From Alphaproteobacteria bacterium (GTDB lineage Bacteria > Pseudomonadota > Alphaproteobacteria > Rhodobacterales > Rhodobacteraceae), in the NCBI GenBank assembly GCA_030429105.1, contig JAUIDE010000002.1, positions 7,896-71,895 on the forward strand: a DNA stretch of 64,000 bases. The letters run 5' to 3'. Below are positions 20,456-31,066 of this stretch, one piece after another. The notes under the pieces are model-generated. The model had not been told where the DNA came from. It saw nothing but the letters and a program-made list of their open reading frames with translations, and made no database searches. The translations under genes and the position numbers were made by a program. The first letter of the stretch is position 1. Each line of letters opens with the position of its first letter.

Positions 20456-21112
20456 CTACCGCGACGAGGCGAGCCGGAGCGGCAACGGAGGCGGCGGCAG
20501 CGCCGGCGCGCCTTCCGCGACGACGTCGCGCATCAGCGCCCGATAGACCTGCAACGCCTGAATGCGCCGGTTGATCGAGATCAGCGCGTCGACGGGCGGC
20601 GTCCCCGCCGTGAGCTCGCCGCGCTCCAGCAGCCGCTCGACATGCTGGGCGAAGTCGAAGAGCGGCATGTAGGCCTTTTCCAGAGCCTCGATCATCAGCG
20701 ATTCCGGATCGCCCGCAAGGGCGCGACGCGCATGCGAGCCTTCGGCGAAAAAGGTCAGGAGCGCGCCGCGATGCCGGTTGAAGCGGACCATGATCTGCTC
20801 GCCTCCGTCCACCGCGCCGGCGACGATCACCGAACAATCGGAGAGGACCAGCCCGCCGAGCCGCGCGACGTGATCGGGCATCGCCAGCATCCCCGGCCGC
20901 TCAAGCGCCTTGCGGGCGAGGCTCGCCATTTCCGCGCTGGCGGGGCCGGAGAGGGCCGATGCGATGTCGGCTTCCCCGGGAAAAGAGAACCGGACGCGTG
21001 ACCGCCGGGCGACGAGTTCGACCGAGCGAAGCATCAGGGCCCCGTCGGGCTCCGCTTTCATCGTCACGACGAGCGCTTCGGGCGCCGCCGATCCAGAACC
21101 TTCGTGAGCCAT
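20456..21112 (-). CDS. Hypothetical protein (218 aa), no family recognised
   Basis: Long ORF with host-like codon bias, divergent from the PpiD-like gene. No motif I can name. Confidence 0.45.
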   Translation of the reverse strand: MAHEGSGSAAPEALVVTMKAEPDGALMLRSVELVARRSRVRFSFPGEADIASALSGPASAEMASLARKALERPGMLAMPDHVARLGGLVLSDCSVIVAGAVDGGEQIMVRFNRHRGALLTFFAEGSHARRALAGDPESLMIEALEKAYMPLFDFAQHVERLLERGELTAGTPPVDALISINRRIQALQVYRALMRDVVAEGAPALPPPPLPLRLASSR

Positions 21113-21293
21113 CGGTTTCCACCCCTGTGCCTCGCATGTTCATAGGCTATCGAAATTAATTTTAGGTAAATTGTCGCAGCCGCGCGGCTCGCCGTCGTGC
21201 GGGGGCCCCGGCTGTGGCGCACTTGCGTCGCCGCCCCAGCGCCGCATATGGTCCGCGCTCCAAAGACCGGCGGACGGAAACAAGGATCGCTCG

Positions 21294-23180
21294 ATGCTCG
21301 ACCTGCTCAGACGCGGCGTGAAAACCTGGGTCGCGAAGGCGCTCTTCGCGCTTCTCGTCGTCTCTTTCGCCGTATGGGGCATCGGCGACGTCTTCTCCGG
21401 CGGGCTCTCCTCCTCCGTCGCGACGGTGGGGGAGCGGAAGATCCCGGCCGAGCGCTTCGCCAATGCGCTGGAGCGCGAGACGCGGACAATGGCGCAGCGT
21501 TTCGGCCAGCCGCTGGACCGGGAGATGACGCAGGCCCTCGGCATCCCGCAGCGCGTTCTCGCCGGGCTGGCGCAGGAGGCGACGCTGGACGAGGCGGTGG
21601 CCGCCCTCCGCGTCTCGGCGCCGGACGAGGCGGTGCGCGACGCGATCCTCGCCGACCCGTCTTTCCTGAGCGCCTCCGGCGGGTTCGACCAGGCGCAATA
21701 CCGTTATCTCCTCGCCCAGAGCGGCTATTCGGTGGAGGCGTACGAGGCGCTGACGCGCCGCGCGCTGGCGCGCGACCAGTTCGTCCGCGCGCTGACGGAC
21801 GGGGCCGCCGCCCCCGCGCCGCTGGTGGACGCGCTCTACCGTCACCAGACCGAACAGCGCCGCGTCGCCTTCGTCACCCTCGGCGCGGATCAGGCAGGAG
21901 AGATCGCGGCCCCGGACGAGGCGGCGCTCGCCGCGCATCACGAGGCGAATGCGGAGCGCTACACCGCGCCCGAGACGCGCGACGCCGTGTTCCTGCATGT
22001 CTCGCTCGAGGCGGCCGGCGCCGGCTTCGAGCCTGACGAGGCGGAGCTTCGCTCCATGTATGAGGCGCGGAACGCGGAGTTCGACCGGCCGGAGCGGCGG
22101 CGCCTCTTCCAGATCGTCTATGACGACCGCGCCGCCGCGGAGACCGCGCTCGCGAAGGTCGAGGGCGGCGCGAGCTTCGAAGACCTTCTCGCCGAGCGGC
22201 GCGAAACGCGGGCCGATGTGGATCTCGGCTTCGTGACGCGGAACGAGGTGGCGGCGGCGGCCGGCGAGGCGGCCTTCGCGCTCGCCGCGCCGGGCGTAGC
22301 CGGCCCGGTGGACACCGGCTTCGGCCACGCCCTTGTCGAGGTGGCGGAGATCGTTCCGGCGGAGACGACTTCCTTCGAGGATGCGCGGGAGATGCTGACC
22401 GCCACGCTCCGCCGCGACCATGCGATAGACCGGGCGCCCGAACTCGCCGGGGAGATCGAGGACCGGCGCGCGGCCGGCGCAACGCTGGAGGAGATCGCCG
22501 CCGAACTCTCGCTTCCCCTCGGCAGCGTCATGGGCGTTGCGGCCGACGGGACGGGCGCGACGGGCTTCGCCGCCGACCGCGCCTTCCTCGCCGAGCTTTT
22601 CGCCGCCGAGGAGGGCGAGGAGCGGGACTTCGTGGAGACCGCCGCCGGCGAATACTTCGTGCTCCGGGTGGAGGCGGTGAAGGAAGCGGCGCTCCGCCCG
22701 CTGGACGAGGTCCGCGCCGAGGTCGAGGCGGACTGGCGCGCCGCCCGCACCGTGGAGGCGCTGGAGGCGAAGGCCGAGGCGCTCGTCGCCCGCATCGAGG
22801 GCGGGGAGGAACTCGCAACCATCGCCGCCGAGCTGGATCTTGAGCCGGAGACCGAAGGGCCGAAAACCCGCGTTGAGGGCTGGGTCTCCCTCCCGCCCGC
22901 TCTGATCGAGACGATCTTCCGGGAGGAGGAGGGCGGCGCGGCCTTCGCGCCGGCCGAGACTGAGGAGCCCGCCGTCATCGTCGCCACGCTCCTCTCCATA
23001 GCCCCCGGCGAAGCGAGCGAGGCCAACGCCGCGCTCCGCCAGTCTCTGGAGCGCCAGATGAACCAGATGGCCGCCTCCGACGCGCTGACGCTCTTCATCG
23101 CAGCCAAGCAGGCGGAGCTTGGCGTCACCGTCAACGATGCGGTGATCGACGCCGTGATGACCTCGATGCCGGGCGGCTGA
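21294..23180 (+). CDS. Periplasmic chaperone / peptidyl-prolyl isomerase PpiD-like (SurA-N plus parvulin-like domain)
   Basis: MLDLLRRGVKTWVAKALFALLVVSFAVWGIGDVF is the typical N-terminal anchor. 628 aa. Internal ATG of track ORF 21171..23180. Confidence 0.78.
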   Translation: MLDLLRRGVKTWVAKALFALLVVSFAVWGIGDVFSGGLSSSVATVGERKIPAERFANALERETRTMAQRFGQPLDREMTQALGIPQRVLAGLAQEATLDEAVAALRVSAPDEAVRDAILADPSFLSASGGFDQAQYRYLLAQSGYSVEAYEALTRRALARDQFVRALTDGAAAPAPLVDALYRHQTEQRRVAFVTLGADQAGEIAAPDEAALAAHHEANAERYTAPETRDAVFLHVSLEAAGAGFEPDEAELRSMYEARNAEFDRPERRRLFQIVYDDRAAAETALAKVEGGASFEDLLAERRETRADVDLGFVTRNEVAAAAGEAAFALAAPGVAGPVDTGFGHALVEVAEIVPAETTSFEDAREMLTATLRRDHAIDRAPELAGEIEDRRAAGATLEEIAAELSLPLGSVMGVAADGTGATGFAADRAFLAELFAAEEGEERDFVETAAGEYFVLRVEAVKEAALRPLDEVRAEVEADWRAARTVEALEAKAEALVARIEGGEELATIAAELDLEPETEGPKTRVEGWVSLPPALIETIFREEEGGAAFAPAETEEPAVIVATLLSIAPGEASEANAALRQSLERQMNQMAASDALTLFIAAKQAELGVTVNDAVIDAVMTSMPGG

Positions 23181-23192
23181 GGCCGACCGGCC

Positions 23193-24719
23193 TCACTCGA
23201 TCCCGAGCTTCCGCTTCACAAGTTCGCCCGCGGCCTGCGGGTTGGCCTTGCCGCCGGTCGCCTTCATCACCTGGCCGACGAACCAGCCGGCCATGGAGGG
23301 CTTCTCCCGCGCCTGCGCCGCCTTCTCCGGGTTGGCGGCGATAACCTCGTCCACCGCCGCCTCGATGGCGCCGGTATCGGTCACCTGACGCATCCCCCGC
23401 GCCTCGACAATCTCCGCCGGGATACCGCCCTCCGCCCAGAGGATTTCGAACAGGTCCTTCGCGATCTTGCCGGAAATCTCTCCGCTCGCGATAAGGTCGA
23501 TCACCCCGCCGAGCTGCGCGGCGGAAACCGGGCTGGCGGAGACGGCGAGCCCCTCCTTGTTCAGCCGGCCGAAAAGCTCGTTGATCACCCAGTTGGCCGC
23601 CGTCTTCCCGTCCCGCCCCGATGCGACCGCCTCAAAGAAGTCCGCGCTTTCGACTTCGGCGGTCAGAACCCCCGCGTCGTATTCGGTCACGCCGTAATCG
23701 CGCACGAACCGGGCCTTCTTCTGGTCCGGCAGCTCCGGCAGGCTCGCGGCGATCCCGTCAACGAAGTCCTGGCTGAATTCGAGAGGCAGGAGGTCGGGAT
23801 CGGGGAAATAGCGGTAATCGTGCGCCTCCTCCTTGGAGCGCATCGAGCGCGTCTCGCCCTTCGACGGGTCGTAGAGCCGCGTCTCCTGATCGACCTTGCC
23901 GCCATCCTCCAGAATGGCGATCTGCCGCTTCGCCTCGAAGTCGATCGCCTGCTGGATGAAGCGCATCGAGTTCATGTTCTTGATCTCGCAGCGAGTGCCG
24001 AGATGCCCGAAATCCCCTGTCTCACGGAAGCGCTCATAGTCGCCCGGCCGACAAACGGAGACGTTCACGTCCGCCCGGAGGCTCCCCTCCTGCATGTTGC
24101 CGTCGCAGGCGCCGAGATAGCGGAGGATCTGCCGGAGCTTCCGCACATATTCCGCCGCCTCCTCCGGGCCGCGGATATGCGGGCGGGAGACGATCTCCAT
24201 CAGCGCGACGCCAGTGCGGTTGAGATCGACGAAGGAGAGCGAAGGGTCCATGTCATGGATCGACTTGCCGGCGTCCTGTTCGAGATGGATGCGCTCGATC
24301 CCGACGCGCCGCGCGACGCCCGGAGCGAGATCGACGATCACCTCGCCCTCGCCCACGATCGGGTGCTTGAACTGGCTGATCTGATAGCCCTGCGGAAGGT
24401 CGGGATAGAAATAGTTCTTCCGGTCGAAGACCGAGCGGAGATTGATCTTCGCCCGGAGCCCGAGCCCCGCCCGCACCGCCTGCTCGACGCAGAAGGCGTT
24501 GATGACCGGCAGCATCCCCGGCATCGCAGCGTCCACGAGGCTCACATTCGTGTTCGGCTCCGCGCCGAAGGCGGTGGAGGCGCCGGAAAAGAGCTTGGAT
24601 TTCGAGGCGACCTGGGCATGGACCTCCATCCCGATCACCATCTCCCATTCACCCGTCGCGCCCTCGATGCGCTTGGCGGCGGGCTCCTCGAAGGCGAGCA
24701 GGGGGGCGTCGAGCGGCAT
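23193..24719 (-). CDS. gatB: Asp-tRNA(Asn)/Glu-tRNA(Gln) amidotransferase subunit B
   Basis: 508 aa with GatB blocks [31 protein letters not shown] and a C-terminal GatB/YqeY domain. Confidence 0.95.
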   Translation of the reverse strand: MPLDAPLLAFEEPAAKRIEGATGEWEMVIGMEVHAQVASKSKLFSGASTAFGAEPNTNVSLVDAAMPGMLPVINAFCVEQAVRAGLGLRAKINLRSVFDRKNYFYPDLPQGYQISQFKHPIVGEGEVIVDLAPGVARRVGIERIHLEQDAGKSIHDMDPSLSFVDLNRTGVALMEIVSRPHIRGPEEAAEYVRKLRQILRYLGACDGNMQEGSLRADVNVSVCRPGDYERFRETGDFGHLGTRCEIKNMNSMRFIQQAIDFEAKRQIAILEDGGKVDQETRLYDPSKGETRSMRSKEEAHDYRYFPDPDLLPLEFSQDFVDGIAASLPELPDQKKARFVRDYGVTEYDAGVLTAEVESADFFEAVASGRDGKTAANWVINELFGRLNKEGLAVSASPVSAAQLGGVIDLIASGEISGKIAKDLFEILWAEGGIPAEIVEARGMRQVTDTGAIEAAVDEVIAANPEKAAQAREKPSMAGWFVGQVMKATGGKANPQAAGELVKRKLGIE

Positions 24720-24835
24720 GGGCGGGCTCCTTCTTGCTTAGCCGGTTCTCTACGCCGCGCCCCCCGCGCCCGCAAGCCGGCCGATTTACGCCGCCTCCCC
24801 GCGCCGCTACGCTCCGCAAAATCGGGAGCGTGACG

Positions 24836-25672
24836 ATGATCCTGCGGGCCTTCCTCCTCCTCCTCTGCCTCCTCGCCGCCCCGGCGCGCGCCGACGTGCT
24901 CGACAGTGTGGCCGCCAGCGGGGAGATCGCGCTCGGCCACAGGACGGACGCGCCGCCCTTTTCCCATGTCGAGGCCGGGCGCCCCGCGGGCCTCGCCGTG
25001 CGGCTCTGCGAGGCGGTGGCGGAGGAGGTCTCTCGCGCGACGGGCCGCCCCGACCTGCGCATCCGCTGGGTCCCCGTCACCGCGGCGGACCGGTTCGAAG
25101 CCCTTGAATCGGGGCGGATCGACATGCTCTGCGGGCCGACGACGCAGACCCTCGCGCGGCGCGAGCGGTTCGACTTCTCGATCCCCTATTTCATCGACGG
25201 CATGGGAGCCGTCTTCCGCGCCGGCCCCGGAGCCGGCTTCCCCGCGCTCGCCGGGGAGGTGGTCGGCGTCCTCCAGGGGACGACGACCGCCGCGCTCCTC
25301 CCCGATATCCTCGCCGCCCGGGGCGCCGCGGGGGCCGAGATCGTCGGCTACGAGAGCCATGTGGACGGGCTGGAGGCGCTCGCTTCGGGCCATGTCGCCG
25401 CCTATTTCGGCGACGCCGCGATCCTCCGCTATCAGCTCGGCCTGCTCCGCCCGCGTACGCCGTTGCAATTCGCGCCCGGCCAGTTCTCCTTCGAGCCCTA
25501 TGCGCTGACGATGCGGCGCGGCGAGACGCGCCTCCGCCTTCTGGCCGACGCCGCGCTGAGCCGCGCCTTCCGCAGCGGCGCGGTGGAGGCGATGATCGGG
25601 GAGACGCTGGGCGAGGTCACGCTCTCCGACCTCGTGCTCTCCATCTACCGGGTGGTGACGCTGCCGGAATAA
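24836..25672 (+). CDS. Family-3 (amino-acid type) ABC substrate-binding protein, orphan
   Basis: Signal peptide MILRAFLLLLCLLAAPARA and SBP_bac_3-like blocks (ESGRIDMLCGPTT, FSIPYF). No adjacent permease or ATPase. Confidence 0.75.
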   Translation: MILRAFLLLLCLLAAPARADVLDSVAASGEIALGHRTDAPPFSHVEAGRPAGLAVRLCEAVAEEVSRATGRPDLRIRWVPVTAADRFEALESGRIDMLCGPTTQTLARRERFDFSIPYFIDGMGAVFRAGPGAGFPALAGEVVGVLQGTTTAALLPDILAARGAAGAEIVGYESHVDGLEALASGHVAAYFGDAAILRYQLGLLRPRTPLQFAPGQFSFEPYALTMRRGETRLRLLADAALSRAFRSGAVEAMIGETLGEVTLSDLVLSIYRVVTLPE

Positions 25673-25783
25673 GCGCCGCGGCGCCGGCCGCGGAGGTCGC
25701 AATGCGATCCTCCTGTGGCCTCCGGCGCGCCGCGGCGTTATGCAGCGCCAGACGCCCCGGTTCGCCCGGAAGAGGAGACGCCC

Positions 25784-26686
25784 ATGGAGGTTTCGCGCGC
25801 CATGAAACGCGACTGGATCGCCACCGCCCGCACGCTGAGCGAGGCCCTGCCCTATCTGCAACGCCATGCCGGCGCGACTGTCGTCGTCAAGTTCGGCGGC
25901 CATGCGATGGGCGACTCCGAGGCGATGGCCGGCTTCGCGCGCGACATCGTACTGATGAAGCAATGCGGCCTTCATCCCGTCGTCGTCCATGGCGGCGGGC
26001 CGCAGATCAACGAGATGCTCGCGAAGCTCGGCATCGTCTCCGAATTTGTAGAGGGGCGGCGCGTGACCGACGAGAAGACGGTCGAGGTCGTCGAGATGGT
26101 CCTCGCCGGGCTCATCAACAAGCGGATCGTGCAGGCGCTGAACGCGCAGGGCGGCCGCGCCGTGGGCCTCTCGGGCAAGGACGCCGACCTCATCGTCTGC
26201 GAAAAGGCACTGACCTGGAGCCGTAACCCCGAGAGCAACATCGAGAAGGTGCTCGATCTCGGCTTCGTCGGCGAGCCGGTCGAGGTGAACCCGGACGTGC
26301 TGCGCATGTTCATCAAGGGCGACTTCATCCCCGTCGTCGCCCCTGTCGGTGTCGGGAGGGACGGCGAGACCTACAACATCAACGGGGACACGGCCGCCGG
26401 GGCCGTAGCCGGGGCGATGAAGGCGGAGCGGCTCCTCCTTCTCACCGACGTCTCGGGCGTCAAGAACGCCGAGGGCGAGGTGCTGACCCGCCTGACGGCG
26501 GAGGATGTGGACCGGCTCCGCGCCTCCGGCGTGATCCACGGCGGCATGATCCCGAAGGTGGAGACGGCGCTCGGCGCGATTCGCGCCGGGGTGAAGGCCG
26601 TCGTCATCATGGACGGCCGGCAGCCGCATGCCTGCCTCCTCGAGCTTTTCACCGAGCACGGGGCGGGGACGATGATCCTCCCCTGA
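25784..26686 (+). CDS. argB: Acetylglutamate kinase
   Basis: [32 protein letters not shown] and GGMIPKV blocks. ATG 25784 lies behind GAGGAG. Confidence 0.93.
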   Translation: MEVSRAMKRDWIATARTLSEALPYLQRHAGATVVVKFGGHAMGDSEAMAGFARDIVLMKQCGLHPVVVHGGGPQINEMLAKLGIVSEFVEGRRVTDEKTVEVVEMVLAGLINKRIVQALNAQGGRAVGLSGKDADLIVCEKALTWSRNPESNIEKVLDLGFVGEPVEVNPDVLRMFIKGDFIPVVAPVGVGRDGETYNINGDTAAGAVAGAMKAERLLLLTDVSGVKNAEGEVLTRLTAEDVDRLRASGVIHGGMIPKVETALGAIRAGVKAVVIMDGRQPHACLLELFTEHGAGTMILP

Positions 26687-26784
26687 GGGCCGGGCGGGAG
26701 GCTCCTGACATGGCCCGTCACGGCCCCGTCGTCTCGTCTCCCGCGCGGCGAGGACGCCGCACCGTTGGGAACAGGAGACCTCAG

Positions 26785-27087
26785 ATGACCACACAATGCC
26801 TCGAATCCGTCCGCTTCCGCCTCGCCGCGGGGGCGGACGAGGCGGCGTTCCGCGCCGCAGCGCCGCTCGTGACCGAATGGGCCTCCCGCCAGCCCGGCTT
26901 CCGCTCCCGGATGCTGGTGGAGGAGGGGGAAGGCTGGTTCCGCGACTTCGTGCTCTGGGAGGATGAGGCCTCGGCCTCCGCCGCGGCCGCAGCCTTCGGC
27001 AATGCGATGGGCGGGAGCGCCTTTGCCCGCGCCATCGAGGGCGCGAGCGTGGAGATGCGTCACCTTCCCGTCGTTTCGGCGGCCTGA
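26785..27087 (+). CDS. Small hypothetical protein (100 aa), possibly ABM/Dabb-like
   Basis: AGGAG before ATG 26785. Size and beta-alpha pattern only; no firm motif. Confidence 0.4.
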   Translation: MTTQCLESVRFRLAAGADEAAFRAAAPLVTEWASRQPGFRSRMLVEEGEGWFRDFVLWEDEASASAAAAAFGNAMGGSAFARAIEGASVEMRHLPVVSAA

Positions 27088-27773
27088 TGAACCGGGCGGA
27101 GCGGCTCTTCCGGCTGGCGGAGCTGCTCCGCGGCCGGCGGCTCGCCGTCACCGCCGCGGCGCTCGCCGCCGATCTCGAAGTCTCCCCGCGCACGATCTAT
27201 CGCGACATCGACGCGCTTCGCGCCGCGGGCGCGCCGATCGACGGGGAGGCGGGCGTCGGCTTCCGCCTCGCCTCGGGCTGGGAAATGCCGCCGCTCAGCT
27301 TCGACGGGGAGGAGGTGGAGGCGCTGCTCGTCGGCCTCCGCATGACGCGCGCCTTCACCGATGACGATCTCGCCCGCGCGGCGCGGCGGGCGGAGGCGAA
27401 GCTCCGCGCGGCGCTCGGCGAGGCCGGGTTGCGGCGGGCCGACCTCTCCCCCTACCACGCCCCGCCGACGGAACTGGCGGAGCGCCGGACGCTGCATCGC
27501 GCCGTGCGCCGCGCGGCGGAGACGGCGCGGAAGCTGCGCATCGTCTACCGGGACGAGGCGGGGGCGGAGACGGAGCGGGTGATCCACCCTTTCGCCCTCC
27601 TCCGCTGGCGCGCCGTCTGGACGATGATCGCGCATTGCGAGCTGCGGGGGGCGGAGAGGCATTTCCGGCTCGACCGCATCCTCCGGGCCGAGACGCTGGA
27701 GGAAAGGTTCCCCGAGCCCTCCGCCGCGCTCCGCGCGAAGATGGCGGCGCTGATCGAGGGCGAGCGGCCCTGA
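27087..27773 (+). CDS. YafY-family transcriptional regulator (HTH plus WYL domain)
   Basis: MNRAERLFRLAELLRGRR...LEVSPRTIYRDIDALRAAGAPI N-terminus and a WYL-like central region. Confidence 0.82.
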   Translation: MNRAERLFRLAELLRGRRLAVTAAALAADLEVSPRTIYRDIDALRAAGAPIDGEAGVGFRLASGWEMPPLSFDGEEVEALLVGLRMTRAFTDDDLARAARRAEAKLRAALGEAGLRRADLSPYHAPPTELAERRTLHRAVRRAAETARKLRIVYRDEAGAETERVIHPFALLRWRAVWTMIAHCELRGAERHFRLDRILRAETLEERFPEPSAALRAKMAALIEGERP

Positions 27774-27790
27774 GCGCCGGCGGCGCGGCC

Positions 27791-28846
27791 TCAGCCGCGG
27801 CCGAAGGAGGGGAAGCCGTGGATGAGCTGGCGGAGCCCCAGCGCGGCGCCCGCGGCGATGGCCGCCATCGTCACCGGCGCGCTCCAGGCGAGGGCGGAGA
27901 AGGCGGTGAGCCCCTGCCCCACCGAACAGCCGAGCGCGACGACGCCGCCCACGCCCATCAGCGCCGCGCCGAACATCTGGCGCCCGAGCTCCCGCGGGTC
28001 GTCGCAGGCCTCCCACCGGAAATGCCCGCGCCGGACCGAGCCGAGAAAGGCGCCGGCGAGCACGCCGGCCACCGAACCGACGCCGAAGGAAAGGCCCCCC
28101 GCGCTCGACGTCATCAGCCAGAAGAGGCTCTCCCCCAGCGGGGCGGTGAAGGTGTGCGACTCCGCGCGGAGCGGCGCGAAGCTCTCCGCCGCGACGAGGC
28201 TCGTCCCCACCCATCCGGACGCGATGGCGAGAGCGACCGCGACGGCGGAGAGCAAGAGCCGCCGCGCATGGCGGAAGGCTGCGTCGCGAAGCGCCCAGAT
28301 CGCAAGCGCGGCGGATACGAGCGCCGCCGTGAGCAGCGGCGGGACCCCGGCGAGGCCGAAGAGCCCGTCCGCCGCGCCGAAGGCCGCGCCCTCGGCCGGA
28401 ACGGCCGGGAGAAGCGCGGCGCGGAGCGGGGCGAGCGGCCCGCCGATCGTCATCGCCGCGGCGAGGCCCATGACGATCACCACGACGAAGGCCCGGAGGT
28501 CGCCGCCGCCAAGCCGCGCGAGGGCCCCGTAGCCGCAATTGCCGGCCAGCGCCATGCCGTAGCCGAAGGCGAGCCCGCCGAGGATCGACGCGGCCGGGCT
28601 CCAGGCCAGAGCCGCGTAGATCGAGGAGCCGAAATCGACGAGCCCGAGCGCCGCGCCGGCATGGACGAGAAGGATCGAGAGCGAAAGCGCCAGCGCCCAG
28701 GCGCGCAGCCGCGCCGTCGACCCGCCATAGAGGGCGTCCTCCACCGCGCCGAGCGTGCAGAACCTGCCGAGCCGCGCCGCGAGGCCGAGCAGGAGGCCCC
28801 CGCCGAAGCCGATCAGCGCCAGAAGGGCGCCGTCAGACATTTCCAT
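27791..28846 (-). CDS. soxT: Full-length YeeE/YedE-type sulfur-compound transporter (SoxT-like)
   Basis: 351 aa, polytopic, with two repeated halves each carrying a conserved Cys block (GNCGYGA, ALGCSVGQG). Positioned next to soxR as in the Paracoccus sox locus. Confidence 0.7.
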   Translation of the reverse strand: MEMSDGALLALIGFGGGLLLGLAARLGRFCTLGAVEDALYGGSTARLRAWALALSLSILLVHAGAALGLVDFGSSIYAALAWSPAASILGGLAFGYGMALAGNCGYGALARLGGGDLRAFVVVIVMGLAAAMTIGGPLAPLRAALLPAVPAEGAAFGAADGLFGLAGVPPLLTAALVSAALAIWALRDAAFRHARRLLLSAVAVALAIASGWVGTSLVAAESFAPLRAESHTFTAPLGESLFWLMTSSAGGLSFGVGSVAGVLAGAFLGSVRRGHFRWEACDDPRELGRQMFGAALMGVGGVVALGCSVGQGLTAFSALAWSAPVTMAAIAAGAALGLRQLIHGFPSFGRG

Positions 28847-28874
28847 GTCCGCGCCCTCCCCTGGCGGCTCCCGG

Positions 28875-29270
28875 CTATTTCTTTATGGCGTCCGGGTTGC
28901 AGAACATGTCGTAGACAAGTTCGATCATCCGCCGCGCCCGCTCGTCATGCAAGCGATAATAGATCGCCTTGCCGTCCCGCCGGAACTCGACGAGCCCTTC
29001 GAGCCGGAGGCGCGCGAGCTGCTGGGAGACGGCGGCCTGCCGGGCGGAGAGCAATTCCTCCAGCTCCGTGACCGATTTCTCGCCTGATGCGAGATGGCAG
29101 AGCAGCAGAAGCCGCCCTTCATGCGCCAGCGCCTTCAGGAAATTGGTCGCGTTGCGGGCGTTCTCGACCATTCCGTCAAGCTCGTCCTCGCTCAGCCCCT
29201 CTTCGAACACAGGCAAAGGCACGAAACAGGCTCCCCGCGCATTCCATCCTATGGCGTCGTCACCCGACAT
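28875..29270 (-). CDS. soxR: ArsR-family repressor SoxR (two-Cys type)
   Basis: wHTH FLKALAHEGRLLLLCHLASGEKSVTELEELL...VSQQLARLRLEGLV. Cys in LLLCHL and in the C-terminal MFCNP. Location soxT-soxR-soxS. Confidence 0.8.
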   Translation of the reverse strand: MSGDDAIGWNARGACFVPLPVFEEGLSEDELDGMVENARNATNFLKALAHEGRLLLLCHLASGEKSVTELEELLSARQAAVSQQLARLRLEGLVEFRRDGKAIYYRLHDERARRMIELVYDMFCNPDAIKK

Positions 29271-29303
29271 ATGAAGCGCCTTCGGCGAAAGGAAAATGAG
29301 GCG

Positions 29304-29663
29304 TCATGTCCCGCCCCCCGGCCCGCGCGGGAGCGAATCCAGCAGCCGGGCGAGGAGAACCCAGAAGAACTCGTCCCCCGGATAGCCTTCGATCCGTCCG
29401 ACCTCCCGCCCCGCCTCCACCAGAACGAAGGTCGGCGTGAAGCGCGGCGGCGTCGCGAAGGCGACGTCGCCGGGCAGGGCGTGAAGGTCGACGCGCCGGA
29501 GCGGCGCGCGGCGCCCCTCCTCCGTCTTCGGATAGGCCGGTCCGACCTCCGAATTCCAGCGCGCGCACCAGGGGCAGCCCGCCTCCTCCACCATCACCAG
29601 TTCCGCCGCGGAAGCGGGGGCGCCGAGCGCAATGACGACGAAGAGCGCCCGGAGAAGGTTCAT
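29304..29663 (-). CDS. soxS: Periplasmic thioredoxin-like protein SoxS
   Basis: Signal peptide plus CPWC redox motif. 119 aa. Divergent from soxV. Confidence 0.75.
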   Translation of the reverse strand: MNLLRALFVVIALGAPASAAELVMVEEAGCPWCARWNSEVGPAYPKTEEGRRAPLRRVDLHALPGDVAFATPPRFTPTFVLVEAGREVGRIEGYPGDEFFWVLLARLLDSLPRGPGGGT

Positions 29664-29679
29664 TGACGGCTCCTTTCTT

Positions 29680-29702
29680 CACATATACTAAATCGAATAT
29701 GT
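29680..29702. promoter_or_regulatory. AT-rich dyad in the soxS-soxV gap, candidate SoxR operator
   Basis: CACATATACTAAATCGAATATGT (arms ACATAT/ATATGT, 10-nt spacer) in an otherwise GC-rich context. 17 of 23 positions are identical to the site at 31044-31066. Confidence 0.45.
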
Positions 29703-29720
29703 TTTTGGAAGAGGGCGGCG

Positions 29721-30458
29721 ATGGGCTTCGACATCGGCTACGGCGCTGCGGGCCTTGCGGGGCTTCTCTCGTTCCTTTCGCCCTGCATCCTGCCGATCGT
29801 GCCCTTCTACCTCTGCTACCTCGCGGGCATGAGCATGGAGAGCCTGACGGGCGGGCCGCTCGAAGGCGCTGCGCGGCGGCGCGTCGTGCTGTCCTCCGTC
29901 TTCTTCGCGCTGGGCGTCATCACCATCTTCGTCGGCCTCGGCGCGACCGCGACGACCTTCGGGCAGTATCTCCGCGGCTGGTTCGATGAGCTGCGCTGGG
30001 TCGCCGCCGCGGTGATCCTGCTGCTCGGGCTGCATTTCCTCGGCGTCTTCCGGATCGGATTCCTGTACCGCGAGGCGCGGATCGACGCGGGGGAGCGGCG
30101 CTGGGGCCTCGCCGGGGCCTATCTCGTCGGCCTCGCCTTCGCCTTCGGCTGGACGCCCTGCGTGGGCCCGGTTCTGGCGACGATCCTCTTCACCGCCGGC
30201 GCGCAGGAAAGCGCGGCGGAGGGCGCGCTCCTGCTGCTCTTCTATGCGGTCGGGATGACGGCGCCCTTCGTTCTCGCGGCGCTCTTCGTCGGGCCGTTCC
30301 TGCGATGGGCCAAAGGCTTCCGCCGCCATCTTCCGAAGGTGGAGAAGGTGATGGGCGGCGCGCTCGTCGCCTTCGCCGCGCTCATCGCGACGAACAAGAT
30401 CAACGTGATCGCAGAGTGGATGCTCCGCATCGCGCCGGACATCGGAACGCTGCAATAG
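29721..30458 (+). CDS. soxV: CcdA/DsbD-like membrane electron transporter SoxV
   Basis: Six-TM CcdA fold with SFLSPCILP and GWTPCVGP Cys motifs. Confidence 0.85.
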   Translation: MGFDIGYGAAGLAGLLSFLSPCILPIVPFYLCYLAGMSMESLTGGPLEGAARRRVVLSSVFFALGVITIFVGLGATATTFGQYLRGWFDELRWVAAAVILLLGLHFLGVFRIGFLYREARIDAGERRWGLAGAYLVGLAFAFGWTPCVGPVLATILFTAGAQESAAEGALLLLFYAVGMTAPFVLAALFVGPFLRWAKGFRRHLPKVEKVMGGALVAFAALIATNKINVIAEWMLRIAPDIGTLQ

Positions 30459-30468
30459 GGAGGACGCC

Positions 30469-31029
30469 ATGAAGAGACTCGCAGCCGCCACCTTGCTCGC
30501 CCTCGCCCCGCTCGGCGCCGCCGCCGCGGAGATCGGCGAGGACGGTCTTCACAAGCAGCCCTGGTTCTCCGTCACCTTCAAGGACATGGGCGAAGACCTC
30601 GAAGCCGCCGCGGAGGCGGGCAAGCGCCTCGCGGTGATCTTCGAACAGCGCGGCTGCATCTATTGCGAGAAGCTGCACGAGGAGGTGTTCTCCGACCCCG
30701 AGATCGCCGCCTACATCGCCGAGAACTTCATGGTCGTGCAGATGAACCTCTTCGGCGACGAGGAGGTGACCGATTTCGACGGGACCGCCCTGCCGGAAAA
30801 GGAAATGGCGGGGCGCTGGGGCGTCGTCTTCACGCCGACCATCCTCTTCATGCCGGAGGCCGCGCCGGAGGGGCCGGCGAACGAGGCCGCGGTGGCGACC
30901 ATGCCCGGCGCCTTCGGCAAGCTCACCTCGCTCCACATGTTCGAATGGGTGCGGGAGAAGGGCTACGATGGCGAGGAGCACTTCCAGAAATACCACGCCC
31001 GCAAGCTCGCGGCGAAGCAGACGCAGTAG
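30469..31029 (+). CDS. soxW: Periplasmic thioredoxin SoxW
   Basis: Signal peptide and CIYC active site. 186 aa. Follows soxV. Confidence 0.85.
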   Translation: MKRLAAATLLALAPLGAAAAEIGEDGLHKQPWFSVTFKDMGEDLEAAAEAGKRLAVIFEQRGCIYCEKLHEEVFSDPEIAAYIAENFMVVQMNLFGDEEVTDFDGTALPEKEMAGRWGVVFTPTILFMPEAAPEGPANEAAVATMPGAFGKLTSLHMFEWVREKGYDGEEHFQKYHARKLAAKQTQ

Positions 31030-31043
31030 CGGCATTCCCCACT

Positions 31044-31066
31044 CACATATTGTAATCTGAATTTGT
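31044..31066. promoter_or_regulatory. AT-rich dyad in the soxW-soxX gap, candidate SoxR operator
   Basis: CACATATTGTAATCTGAATTTGT, a paralog of the 29680-29702 site. Confidence 0.45.

Noticed and set aside
24635-27193. 852-aa minus-strand ORF spanning the SBP, argB and ABM-like region
   Set aside because: Arg/Gly/Pro-rich nonsense opposite three plus-strand genes with clear motifs (argB in particular).
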